Origin: Ardenticatenales bacterium
Lineage (GTDB): Bacteria; Chloroflexota; Anaerolineae; Epilineales; Epilineaceae
DNA: 64,000 nt
Direction: 5' to 3'
NCBI GenBank assembly: GCA_020853525.1
Contig: JADYYS010000067.1
Span: forward strand, 1,319-65,318
The translations under genes and the position numbers were made by a program. Under the pieces are notes generated by a model that saw only the letters and a program-made list of their open reading frames with translations, was not told where the DNA came from and did not search any database. Below are positions 9,301 to 17,200 of the stretch, piece after piece (position 1 is the stretch's first letter; the number at the start of each line of letters is the position of its first letter).

Positions 9301-10893
9301 GTTCGGGCCGCTGTTCTGGGCCGGGACGGCGCTGAGGAACTGGACGCCGCTGGGCAGCTGGTCGCTGACGACGACGTTGGTGAGCGTCGTCGTGCCCAGG
9401 TTGTAGAACTTCACCTTGTACTGGAACGTGTCGCCCACCTTCACCGCCGCCCGGTCCGTCGGCTTGCCGATGCCGGCGCAGCCGTTCCATGTGATCTCGG
9501 TCGGCTCGTAATAGCGCCAGAGGTGGTCTTTGCCGTTGTCCGTGCCGCCGGCGTCGCCGCCGAACGTGTCCGCGTGGAAGACCGGGCAGCCGCTGCCGTC
9601 CAGGATCGCCGACGTGTCGTTGATCTTGAACCTCACCAGGGCATACTCGGGCCGGAACGCCGTCAACTGGCCGACCGCGAAGCGGATGGCCTTGGGGCTG
9701 GTCGTATCCGACTGGGAGACCGTCGAGGGGAGCGGCAGAGCCGCGCCGACATTGCTGCCGTCGACGTTCGCGAATCCGAGCACGGAACTCACCAGCCCCG
9801 GCTGGTCCTTGGCGATCCGGCTGCCGATGTACTTGATGCGGTTCCACGGGCCGATGTCGCTGTTGCTCATCGACGCCCGCATGTCGGCAGCGGACTTGGC
9901 GCTGGCCTGCCAGGCATTCCAGTCGAAGTTCCACTTGTAGCCGCTCTCCGGGCCGGCGACGCCGCTGGCGAAGCCCCACGGCGAGTTGCCGCGTCCGTCG
10001 CCGTAGTCGACGACGGGCACGGAGCCGGCGGCGCCGAAGGTCGTGGCACTCGCGCCCCATGCCAGCAGCTGCCCGGCGTCCCACTTGTTGCACGGCACGA
10101 CGACGTCGCCGCTGTTGTTCGTGATCGTCTTGCCCATGACCCCCGGATAGAACACCTTGGAGCCGCAGCCGCTCACCGGATCGCCGGTAAAGGCCTGCCA
10201 GCTGCCGTATGCGGTGTCGGGGTCGGTGGAATAGAAGATGCCGGTGTCGCCGTACACGCCGGCGATCGTCCCGCGGTGGAGGCCGGTGGCGGACACGACC
10301 GGGTTGTCGGTGACGCCGAGCACGTTCGGGCCCACAGCCGGGAGCCCGATGAGCTGCGCGGTCGTCTTCGCCCCGATCGGCCCGGCGCCGATGGCAATGG
10401 GCGACTGGCCCTTCATCGGCACGGTGTCATAGCCGCCCGTGCCGTCGGGGAGCAGATAGGCGGCGTTCGTGACCTGGACGCCGTTGGGGACGTAGAAGTC
10501 GACATGGCCGCCGACGCCCGTCGTCGTGCCGTCGCGCGGGACGACCTTGATGATGAGGCCGACCTCGTCGTTCACCTGCAGGATCGGCGTCCCGGGCACC
10601 CAGCCGCCGTTGATGCGGGTGTCGAGCAGCGTCTGGCTGGCCGGATCGAGGAACGCGTACACCATCCGCGTCTGCAGGTTGTGGGCCGACACGGGCGACG
10701 GAGCCTCGGAAGACATCCGGCCGAGGGCCACGATGGACAACAGGACGACCAACGCTGCGCGGCGCCGGGGCGTGAATCGACGGCGAATGGATCCAACCAC
10801 CAATTCGCGCGCCGATTCACGCGCGCCCGCGGAAGGTTCAGCCACGCTGGGCCGCTGCAGGAGTTGGTACCACGGACGGTTGACCCGCTTCAT
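1..10893 (-). CDS. Giant secreted repeat protein (partial; 3' end beyond the window start, >3600 aa in window). It has a signal peptide, a unique ~500-aa N-terminal region, SdrD B-like/CnaB-type folds, and at least 7 tandem DUF11/TIGR01451-type conserved-repeat domains joined by Ca-binding-like [19 protein letters not shown] linkers
   Basis: My own minus-strand translation from the ATG at 10893 reads MKRVNRPWYQLL..RRRAALVVLLSIVALG (signal-peptide-like) and continues with no stop to position 1. An alternative in-frame ATG lies at 10908. A GAAGGA Shine-Dalgarno-like motif precedes the 10893 ATG. The DUF11-like motif FQYKVKFYNLGTTTLTNVVVSDQLPSGVQF is present. The SdrD/CnaB motif YLFDNLPPGNYVVR is encoded near 4850-4900. 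The 1-3350 segment translates to repeated units of the form [67 protein letters not shown]. The gene is missing from the ORF track because no stop codon falls inside the window. The long plus-strand ORFs over this span are Arg/Ala/Gly-rich antisense artifacts. Confidence 0.8.
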   Translation of the reverse strand, partial: MKRVNRPWYQLLQRPSVAEPSAGARESARELVVGSIRRRFTPRRRAALVVLLSIVALGRMSSEAPSPVSAHNLQTRMVYAFLDPASQTLLDTRINGGWVPGTPILQVNDEVGLIIKVVPRDGTTTGVGGHVDFYVPNGVQVTNAAYLLPDGTGGYDTVPMKGQSPIAIGAGPIGAKTTAQLIGLPAVGPNVLGVTDNPVVSATGLHRGTIAGVYGDTGIFYSTDPDTAYGSWQAFTGDPVSGCGSKVFYPGVMGKTITNNSGDVVVPCNKWDAGQLLAWGASATTFGAAGSVPVVDYGDGRGNSPWGFASGVAGPESGYKWNFDWNAWQASAKSAADMRASMSNSDIGPWNRIKYIGSRIAKDQPGLVSSVLGFANVDGSNVGAALPLPSTVSQSDTTSPKAIRFAVGQLTAFRPEYALVRFKINDTSAILDGSGCPVFHADTFGGDAGGTDNGKDHLWRYYEPTEITWNGCAGIGKPTDRAAVKVGDTFQYKVKFYNLGTTTLTNVVVSDQLPSGVQFLSAVPAQNSGPNPLVWNVGTLQPGQKFESLVTVKATGSGCLDNIVTVTSNQLGPQRSTETICVGAIPILNNTKSVSPTSIAPGGSVNYTLLVKNIGTGPTGSPVTIQEYLPTGFSYTALVSVTVNGANATGSTTVNNANPNQPMFTVPAAVNAGNQLVLVFTAQSALNLPPGAYCNVYTTTQNGVPTTTGSDGCVTVGGAKIGDLVWRDWDGDGVQDAGEEGIPSVTLNLYGGSCPPSGPVLQTTNTDADGAYGFAGLTAGSYCVDVASGVPAGYTLTTPSEPRSVTLATDEINNTIDFGYDPAGTGSIGDLVFEDLGNDGMYNPGAGDVGIANVSVNLYEDTDGDGVIDVGTDLLVATTTTDGSGLYSFAGLAEGLDYIVDVVQTDPDLVAYFSPDSFVSSTSDPHAVANLAGSYTAADFGFWRQVPGSIGDQVWQDDDGDGVKDAGEAGISGVTIDLYQDTDGDGILDPGEPLLATTVTGPDGTYLFDTLGAGDYIVDIDSGDPDIPAGYAGVVDRIAVDLSAGEDELTADFPFVQSLAKSVDTAFAGTGATLTYTITPRYPGNELLSSAVIVDTIPAGTTGVDTPPTSPNAGGEFVDQDDDAVLTTGGIDSVQWDLGSNTIGTEGFKGGTPPVACQTTTAIVAAKDTWLEQADVDQNHGTDTSIDTSSAANKAVGLLQFTIDASTLPAGATFNGATLNLTTSGGAGANRQVEIHDLLTSFTEGTGNDDPCASSGNGAAWQGPNCTDDWLSAAGNFGTSDFSATTLGTFNPTTNGTTYNISGAALDTVVSGWLSGGTNRGLTMWPVGSATNTVSWEPRTTGTASERPQIVITYTPNGCAGTTILRDSGVVDADIDEANANTNTGANNRLRVQPSPATQERHALVRFDLSTVPAGATISQATLRMEVRAKKNNHVDEIHRVVTAWTEGSTTWNDPDGAGGIDWASGGGVFGSSDYNATTEGTITPSTTGGKTAVITSLVSQWYTGAQPNNGLVLFATGTDTGEVQYYASEEGTATRRPTLTVNWSIPPANPTGTNNIAAGPTLVQSGDTVNVAMTLTDSSGVAVTSVAPGALTVAGTGGATATCGAASPASQTVPANGSALFTWSCTASGVAGTVGGLTFSASATNGSTTWSSSTSNSVIVAPQLSFQVTINDPLTVDVVTNTAEFFDGPTLLATSNPAETATTGSIGDRVWADVDSDGVQDAGEPGLAGVIVWIDLDNDGVRDGGEPFDTTDAAGHYQIAGLSLSTMYTVRTDSTTYPSGYYPTTTQTLMRTLGATLATAQITDADFGFNSDGSSIGDTVWLDADEDGIKDVDEDGLPSITVHLYRDLDNDGVIDPTDILIDTTTTDADGLYLFDNVYAGDFLVSVDAASLVTTPSGGMATLAAAMDLVGGTEPHDVTLAANTDYLVADFGYNWSGSIGDRAWYDLDGDTVQDGGEGGAPNTTIVLYEDADGNGEIDPGETIVAVTVTDANGAYLFDNLPPGNYVVRAEEQQVPAPPSSANAGEIGRMVATTGSEIAVVLGAGEDRLTADFGFIEAGEIEGHVFHDVNHGGSLDGGDIVLANVTVWIDLDDDGTLDPGEPSTVTDGVGEYTFILTPGDYVIRYDATDPDIPAGLVDATTPTFYNTLLAAGQELGGFDFGLDDGGTVGDTVFLDADGDGMQDPGEPGLAGVTVQLYDATGTMLLDTQATDGGGSYLFVGLADATYIVRVVAASVPGGFVQTADPDEAGTCTVCDGEGSATVTGGGDDLGLDFGYQPPGILRTLSGRVYEDLNGNSNDDGEPGFAGVDVTVQCDTGTFMAVTGFGGAWSVAGVPDGSVCTVLDADELDLPSMAYGPTEAPTPPINVNADITGLDFGYQYQPATISGTVVYNADGDGLAEPPTEIPVELVALTLTCAGLDGYLGTGDDTTQNTTTNASGDYAFTGVAPGLCQVTKTNPLGFTSLADRDGGNPDNITLAVALAGSYVDQDFEIESLENPAIGVAKRVTMVFNHGTGDHTVTYELKVENLGDVALSAVQVTDNLATTFAGATSFTVDAVTSVDFAVNAGYDGNADTNLLAGTDSLAIGAVGTITVTVTVTPGANLGPYDNTAVATGTSPINAVVDDTSDDGTDPDPDGDGNADEAGENDPTPVLFVEVPSIGVAKSVASTVNNGDGTYTVTYSLVVENLGDVVLSGVQVTDNLAATFAGATSFSVTSVTSGDFTVNAGYNGNGDPNLLAGTDSLGLMGSGAISLVVTVTPGANLGPYNNLASAAGTSPAGTPVNDVSDDGTNPDPDGDGNANEAGENDPTPVTFAEAPAIGVAKTVTSTVNNGNGTYTVTYLFSVENLGDVPLSGVQVTDNLAATFAGATSFSVVSVVSASLTENVGYDGNADTNLLAGTDALAVGASGSIALVVTVTPGANLGPYNNQATATGTSPGGTPVNDVSDDGVNPDPDGDNNANEPGENDPTPVTFAEAPAIGIAKSVTSTVNNGNGTYTVSYSLVVENLGDVPLSAVQVTDNLATTFAGATSFSVVSVTSASLTENVGYDGNADTDLLDGTDTLAVGASGSIALVVTVTPGGNLGPYDNQATATGTSPGGTPVNDVSDDGVDPDPDGDNNADEPGENDPTPVTFGESPVIGIAKSVTSTVNNGNGTYTVSYSLLVENLGDVPLSAVQVTDNLATTFAGATSFSVVSVNSGDFSVNAGYDGNADPNLLAGTDSLAVAASGSIALVVTVTPGANLGPYDNQATATGTSPGGTPVNDESDAGTDPDPDGDGNPNEPGENDPTPVTFGEAPAIGIAKTVTSNVNNGNGTYTVSYSLFVENLGDVALSAVQVTDNLAATFAGATSFSAVSAASGDFTVNAGFNGAGDTNVLAGTDALAIGGSGTITINVTVTPGANLGPYDNQATANGTSPAGTPVSDVSDAGTDPDPDGDGNANEPGENDPTPVTFAEAPAIGVAKTVTSTVNNGNGTYTVSYSLVVENLGDVPLSAVQVTDNLAATFAGATSFGGVSAVSGDFTVNAGYNGAGDTNVLAGTDSLAVGASGTIPINVTVTPGANLGPYNNQATATGTSPGGTPVNDLSDAGTNPDPDGDNNANEPGENDPTPVTFAEAPAIGVAKNVTSTVNNGNGTYTVS

Positions 10894-10934
10894 GTTGACG
10901 TCCTTCATCTGTTCGCCGAAACAAGACAGCATGA

Positions 10935-10959
10935 GGCAACGGGCGCATTGCCCGTTGCC
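10935..10959 (-). terminator. Perfect 10-bp stem / 5-nt loop hairpin (GGCAACGGGC-gcatt-GCCCGTTGCC), about 25 nt upstream of the start codon of giant gene 1 and about 275 nt downstream of giant gene 2. It could be an intrinsic terminator or attenuator separating the two giant genes
   Basis: The stem-loop is read directly from the sequence. On the minus strand it is followed by the U-containing stretch UCAUGCUGUCUUGUUUCGG. Confidence 0.35.
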
Positions 10960-11233
10960 TGAAAGATCGGCAGCGACGACCGGTTGTGCATCAGGATTTC
11001 GGATGACGTGGCCGGCGTGATGATCAGCGACGAGGCCTGAGCCCACTGGTGGCTCGGCACACTTAGAACGCGCGCATTTGCCTGTAGGACACGGGCGCGC
11101 TCAGGTTATTATTGGCTACCTCTCATCTCCAACCTTAAAGTTGCCGATTCCTAAGACATCTCTAACGGCGCCGGCGCCAAAATCGTGCCCGCCGCGGACG
11201 TCGGTTGTCGGTCGTGCAGCCTGGCTGGCGGCT

Positions 11234-14200
11234 CTACAACGGCAGCGCGTTGGGATCCCCCATCTGCGGCGCACCGATGTACGGCGGCGGCCAGTCCACC
11301 GGCGGCGGGATGATCCCCTCCCGCCAGCAGCCGGCAGCGTCGAAGATCTCCTCCCACGTCAGCGCCGGCGGCTCATCCTCGTCGAACGGCCCGGGCGCGG
11401 CGCGGGTGCAGCCGTAGAACAGCAGCTCGTTGGACATCGAGCGCCAGTTCAGCGTCAACAGGTACTGCTGGCCGTCCGGGACGACGAGCTCCGTGTAGCG
11501 GCCCGGCGTCACCTGGGTCTGATGCGTCTCCCAGCCGTACCGCATTCGCCCGTCCGGTCCGACGGACGCGCGGTCGTTGTAGGTCTCCCGCAGCTCGGTG
11601 CCGAAGCGGGGCTCGTCCGCCTCGGCGCGGATGCTGACCGCCAGCGGCCCGGCGGCCGCCAACTCTCCGACGCACGGACCGAACGTGTCGACGTCCTGGA
11701 AGTCGGCCGCGGGCAGGCGCTGGACGTCGACGGCGATCGTGTGATCCGTGTTGAACGGCGGCAGGACGGAGATCTGCGGCGGCTGGCCGCCCAGGAAATA
11801 GCCCTGCTGGAACAGCGAGTCCTGTGGGTTGAAGAAGTTGCCCTTCGGCACCGGCGTGCGGAGCGTCAGGAAGGCGAAGCCCTCGTTGCACGTCGCCGGG
11901 TCGGCCGGGTTCGTACCGGGCAGCGGCTGCGTCATGAGCGCCACGACGTTGTACTCGTGGCCGTCGACGTAGAACCGTTTGAGGTACCACGGATCGCCCG
12001 GGAAGAGGTCGTGCGCGCCGGCACCGTTGTCGATCGCCGAGTGCGTCGCGCCGAGCGCGCGGCCGACCGTCACCGACACGGACTCGCCGTCCGGGGCAAC
12101 GTCCTCGACGAACAGGAACCACGCGCCGTCCAGGCTGCCGAGGTTCGTCGCGCCGGGCGGCACGATCCGCACCCGGTCCTGGAAACGGTCGACGACGACG
12201 ACGCTGCCGAGCGGCACGGTCTGGATGCCGCGGACGGGCTCGGGGCGGGCGCTGCCGACGGTGCCGCCGGTGAACCAGAACCGGAACTGGGCGCTCAGGC
12301 CGGGCGTGACGTTCTCGAGCACCGCCATGTGGTCGAAGACCATCACGCTATCGGTGACCCCCGCGGTCAGCGGATCGCGGTCGAGGGTGACGCTCTGGAT
12401 CGCGAACACCGCCAGCTCGTTCCCGTTCAGCGCCACGCAGTCCTCGTCGAGGTCGTCCAGCGCGCCGTCGCCGTCGAACTCGACGACCGGTCCGGCGAGC
12501 GGGAGCGGTGCACCGGGGCCCTGCGGGCGGTTCGCCTGCCAGGCGAAGTCGAAGTAGTCGTTGATCGTCGCCTCGGTCTCGAGCGTCACCGGCTCCGGCA
12601 CGCCGTCGAAGTTCGCGTCGAACGTCGTCAAGCCGTGGCCGAACTGGCCGCCGGGCGGCAGTGTACCGCCGGCGTTGGGCTTGGGCAGCTCGAGGGCGCG
12701 CGTGCCCATCGGCAGCGCCACGCGGCTCGAGCCGGCCGGCACGGCGACCGGGTTGTCCGTCGTGTCCATCATGAGGTAGGTGTACTCTTGGACGACGGCC
12801 TGGAACGTCAGGTCGCTGTGGCAGTCCAGGTCCTGGCGGATCTTCGTGATGTAGTCCGGTTGATACCACAGCCGCTGGTAGACCTTCTGGCGCGCGTTCT
12901 GGCCGTCGTTCGAGATCCCGCGGTAGAGGTCGACGAGGTCCTCGCCGAAGTTGCGGTACTCGTCGAGGTAGGCCGGGTTGAACGTCAGCGAGTCGTGGCG
13001 CGGCGCGTCGGGCGCCTGCGGGTTGAACGGGGCGAACGGGTCGGTGTAGGGCGGCACCTCGACCGGATAGCCGGCGATGTCCGTCGTGACCGTGATGTCG
13101 CCCGCGCCGCTCAGCAGCGCGGCCCGGGATGCCGCGCCGTCGCACGCCAAGTCGTCCACGCAGACCGGCAGGCCGCCGTAGATCCGGACCCCTTCGTCGC
13201 CCGTGAAGAGCTTTTCTCGCTCGTCGGGGTCGAAAGCGAAGCTCGCGCGGCGGGGCAGGCCGTAGTTGCCGGTCAGCGGGTCGAACGCGGTCTCGTCGGC
13301 GGTGAGGTCGGGCGGGGGCGGCGGCATCTCGTCCGGGACCGGGCCGTCCGGCATCGTCCATTGGCGCCAGCGCGCCGTCGGGTTGAGGAAGCCGCTCGTC
13401 ACGTCGTAGCGGTCGGGGTCGCACGCGACCGGGCTGCCGCCGGGGGCGGCGAGGTCCGGCAGCGCGAACTCGGTGAAGTGCCACGGCTGGGTGAAGATCC
13501 GCTCGTTGTAGAAGAACGCGTCCGGCACGGACGGGTCCACGATGCACGCCGAATCGTCGAAGCGCCGTGCGCCGTACTTCTCGGCCAGCTGGCCGACGAA
13601 CGCCGGGTTCGTGTCCTCCTCGACGTACAGCCAGTGGCTCGATCGGAAGCCGGCGCCCGCGCCGAGGCTGTACGGGCCGACCGGGCTGGCCGGGTCGCGG
13701 CCGACGTACGTCCCGCCGTCGCCGGCGCCCAGCACCGGCGGCACCGGCCCGATCGGGCCGCCCATGTACAGGACCCTCGGCCGGTCGATCGGATCGTCGG
13801 CCGTCGGCGCCGGGCACGCGTCGATCGCGTCCAGCACGGCCACGTCCTCGAGGATCGTGTGCTCGTGGTTGAACGGCGGCGGGAGCGGCAGGGCGCGGTT
13901 CGGACCGTAGGCCTGCAGGCGCACGGAGTGCTGCTCGATCGTCACCGGCACCTTGGGCACCGGCGCGCGGAGCGTGATGTACTGCATCGCGTTCGCACCG
14001 CACGTCATGATCGCCACGACGTTGTACTCGTGGCCGTCCACGTACAGGCGCTTGAGGAACCACGGCCCGCCGGCGCTGCGGTTCGCGACGTTGGCGATGC
14101 GCTCCATGCTGGCGCACGGCGCGCCGAGCGCCCGGCCGACGGTGACGGTGGCCGTGACGTCCGCCGTGTCCACGCCGTGAACGGCGATGAACCACCCGCC

Positions 14201-17200
14201 GACGGGCACCTGCCCGAGGCTGCTGCCGCCCGGCACGACGAGCTGCACCGGACCGACCTCCCCCGCCAGCGCCGCGCCGCCGACGCCGATCGACGCCGTC
14301 GCCACGAGCCGCGGGACGAGGTCGCCCGTGTAGAAGATCCGCACCGTTGCCGAACTGCTCGAGACCCCCTGCACGGTGACGAAGTGGTCGAGGAACTGCA
14401 GCCGCTGGTTGCGGCCGATCTCGGCCGCGTCGGTGTGCAGCACGACCATCTCGTCGCACGAGAGCGGCGCGCCGTCGCCGTCGATGTCGTCGACGAGGCC
14501 GTCGCCGTCGAAGTCCAGCGTCAGGCCGAGGTCCGCCGCCAGCGTCGCCTCGCTGGCCACGTTCACCATGTCGAACGTGCCGTCGAAGTTCGCGTCGAGG
14601 CTCGTCAGGCCGTAGCCGACGGTTGGTCCGGCGGCACTCGTCTCGGATGCGCCGATGCCGACCGGGAACACGATCCGCGAGCCGCCGGCCGTCGCGCACG
14701 CCGGGCGCGGGGCGGAGTCGTCGAGGCGATCGGGCGACGGGTCGGGCTGCGGCACGTCGTTGTCAAGGACGACATAGGTCAGTTCGGTCATGATCGCCGG
14801 GTACCACTCGTCGCGCGCCGATGGCGCCGGGTTGACGGGCGCGTCGGGGCGGCCGTCGTCCGGCAGGCCCGTGTTCGTCAGGCAGTCGTCGGCGTTCAGA
14901 TCCTTGTCCAGCCGCGTCGGCTCGTACCAGTGCCGCAGCCAGACCTTCTCGGACCCGTTCACGCCGCCGACGCGGATATTCGTGTTCGCGCTGACCTCGT
15001 CGGCGCCGGTGGCGCAGCCCCAAGCCGCGCCGAGGCCCGGCTCGTTCAGCCGCTCCGAGATCCAGGCCGGGTTCCACGTGACGAAGTCCTGCTCGGGCGC
15101 CTCGCCGGACAGCGGGTTGAAGGGCCCCTCGGGATCGGTGTACGGCGCGTCCTCGGGCACGCGCCCCGTCAGCGGGTCGACGAGGCTGTTCGAACCGGCC
15201 GACGCACGCCGGTTGCCCTCGCCGCTGACGACGGCGTTGCAGACGACGCTCAGGCCGTGGACGCGGATCGTCGGCAGGTCGGCGGTGCCGCGGCGGTTCA
15301 CGTAGAGGTCGTCCGGATCGGTCGGGTCGTAGAAGACCTTGACGCGCGACGTGCCGTCCAGCGAGACGTCGCCGAACTCGACGACCTCGTCGTTGCCCGC
15401 CGTGACCGTGACCGTGACGGCGTTCGGCGTCGTCGAGATGTAACCGTTCGGATCCGATTCGGAGACGACGTAGCTGCCGGGCGGTACGTCGGTGAACACG
15501 TAGTTGGCGGCCGCGTCCGTCACGGCGGTGGCGCCGTTGGACAGCCGGACGACAACGCCCGGGATCCCGACCTCGCCCGGATCGCGGACGGTGTCGCGGT
15601 CGATGTCCTCCCAGACCATGCCGTGCACCATGCCGCCCGCCGGCACGCCCGGCCGGTCGCCGAAGTTCACGACCGCCGCGGCGCCGGGTCCGAGAACGAC
15701 GGCGACGACGTTCGGTGTCGTCGAGGCGAAGCCCGGCAGATCCGTCTCCGTCACGGTGTAGTTGCCGGGAACGAGGTTGAGGAACGCGTACCCGCCCGTG
15801 CCGTTCGTCACCCGCACCGCACCGTTGGACAGCGTCACCGTCACACCGGGCAGCCGCGCTTCGCCGAGGTCGATGACGCCGTCGCCGTCCGTGTCGTTCC
15901 AGACCGTGCCCGAGATGCCGGCCGGCGCCGGCGTCGGCGTCGGGGTGCGCGTGGCGGTCGGCGTCGGCGTGTTCGTCGGGGTCGGCGTCAGCGTGCGGGT
16001 GGGCGTGTTCGTCGGGGTGGCGGTCGCGGTTGCCGTGTTGGAAGGCGTCGACGTCGGCGTGTTCGTGGGCGTGTCGGTGGGTGTCGACGTGGGCGTGGCC
16101 GTCGGCGTGGATGTCGACGTCGCGGTGCGCGTCGATGTCGCCGTGCGCGTCGGCGTGTCGGTCGGCGTGTTCGTCGGCGACGGAGTCGACGTGGCCGTGC
16201 TCGTCGATGTCGGCGTGTTTGTGCGCGTGCTCGTCGCCGTCGGCGTCGGGGTCGGCGGGTCGAACTGGACGGGCGTCGGATCGTTCTCGCCGGGCTCGTC
16301 GGCGTTGCCGTCGCCGTCCGGATCGGGGTTCGTGCCGTCGTCCGAGGCGTCGCTCGCGATCGTTCCCGCCGGGCTCGTCGCCGAAGCGATGGCGCTGTTC
16401 AGATGCGGGCCGAGCGCCGTGCCGGGCATGACGGTCACGACGAGCGTGATCGTCCCGGTGCCGAGGAGCGGCAGCGTGTCGGTTCCGCTCAACAGCAGGG
16501 TGTCGACGTCGCCGTCGTACAGCGGGTTCTCGGTGAACGCCGCGCTCGTCACGCTGTCGACGGTAAACGATGTCACGCCGCCGAACGTCGCGGCCAGGTC
16601 GTCCGTCACCTGGAGGCCGGTCAGCACGACATCGCCCAGGTTCTCGACGACGAGGTCGTACGTCACGGTCGACGTGCCGTTCATGTTGTTCACGAGGCTC
16701 GTCACGCGCTTGGCGACGCCGATGGACGGCACCTCGACGAACTGGACGGGCGTCGGATCGTTCTCCCCGGGCTCGTCCGCGTTGCCGTCGCCGTCGGGGT
16801 CGGGCTCCGTGCCGTTGTCGGACGGGTCGGTGACGGTCGGGTTCCCGGTGCTCTGGCCGCTGCCGATGGCCGAGTTGAAACATGGGCCGAGGTTGGCGCC
16901 GGGCGTGACGGTGACGCTCACCTGGATCGTGCCCGTCGCGCCGACGGCCAGCGTGTCGGTGCCGTCCAACAGGTCGGTGTCCGTGTCGCCGTCGTAGCCG
17001 GCGTTCACCGTGAAGTCGGCGCTCGAGGTGCCGTCGACGGTGAACGACGTCGCGCCGGCGAATGTCGCCGCCAGGTCGTCGACGACTTGGACGTTCGTCA
17101 GGGCGACATCGCCCAGGTTCTCGACCGTGAGGGTGTAGTCCACGGTGTGGGTGCCGTTGCCGTGGTTGAACACCATCGTCACGGTCTTGGCGACGCCGAT

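Noticed and set aside
3349-10962. Long plus-strand ORFs (3349..4677, 4684..6909, 7108..10962) over giant gene 1
   Set aside because: Their translations are Arg/Ala/Val/Gly-rich and low-complexity with no recognisable motifs. They are the antisense frames of a well-supported minus-strand gene in a ~70% GC genome, where stop codons are rare in all frames.
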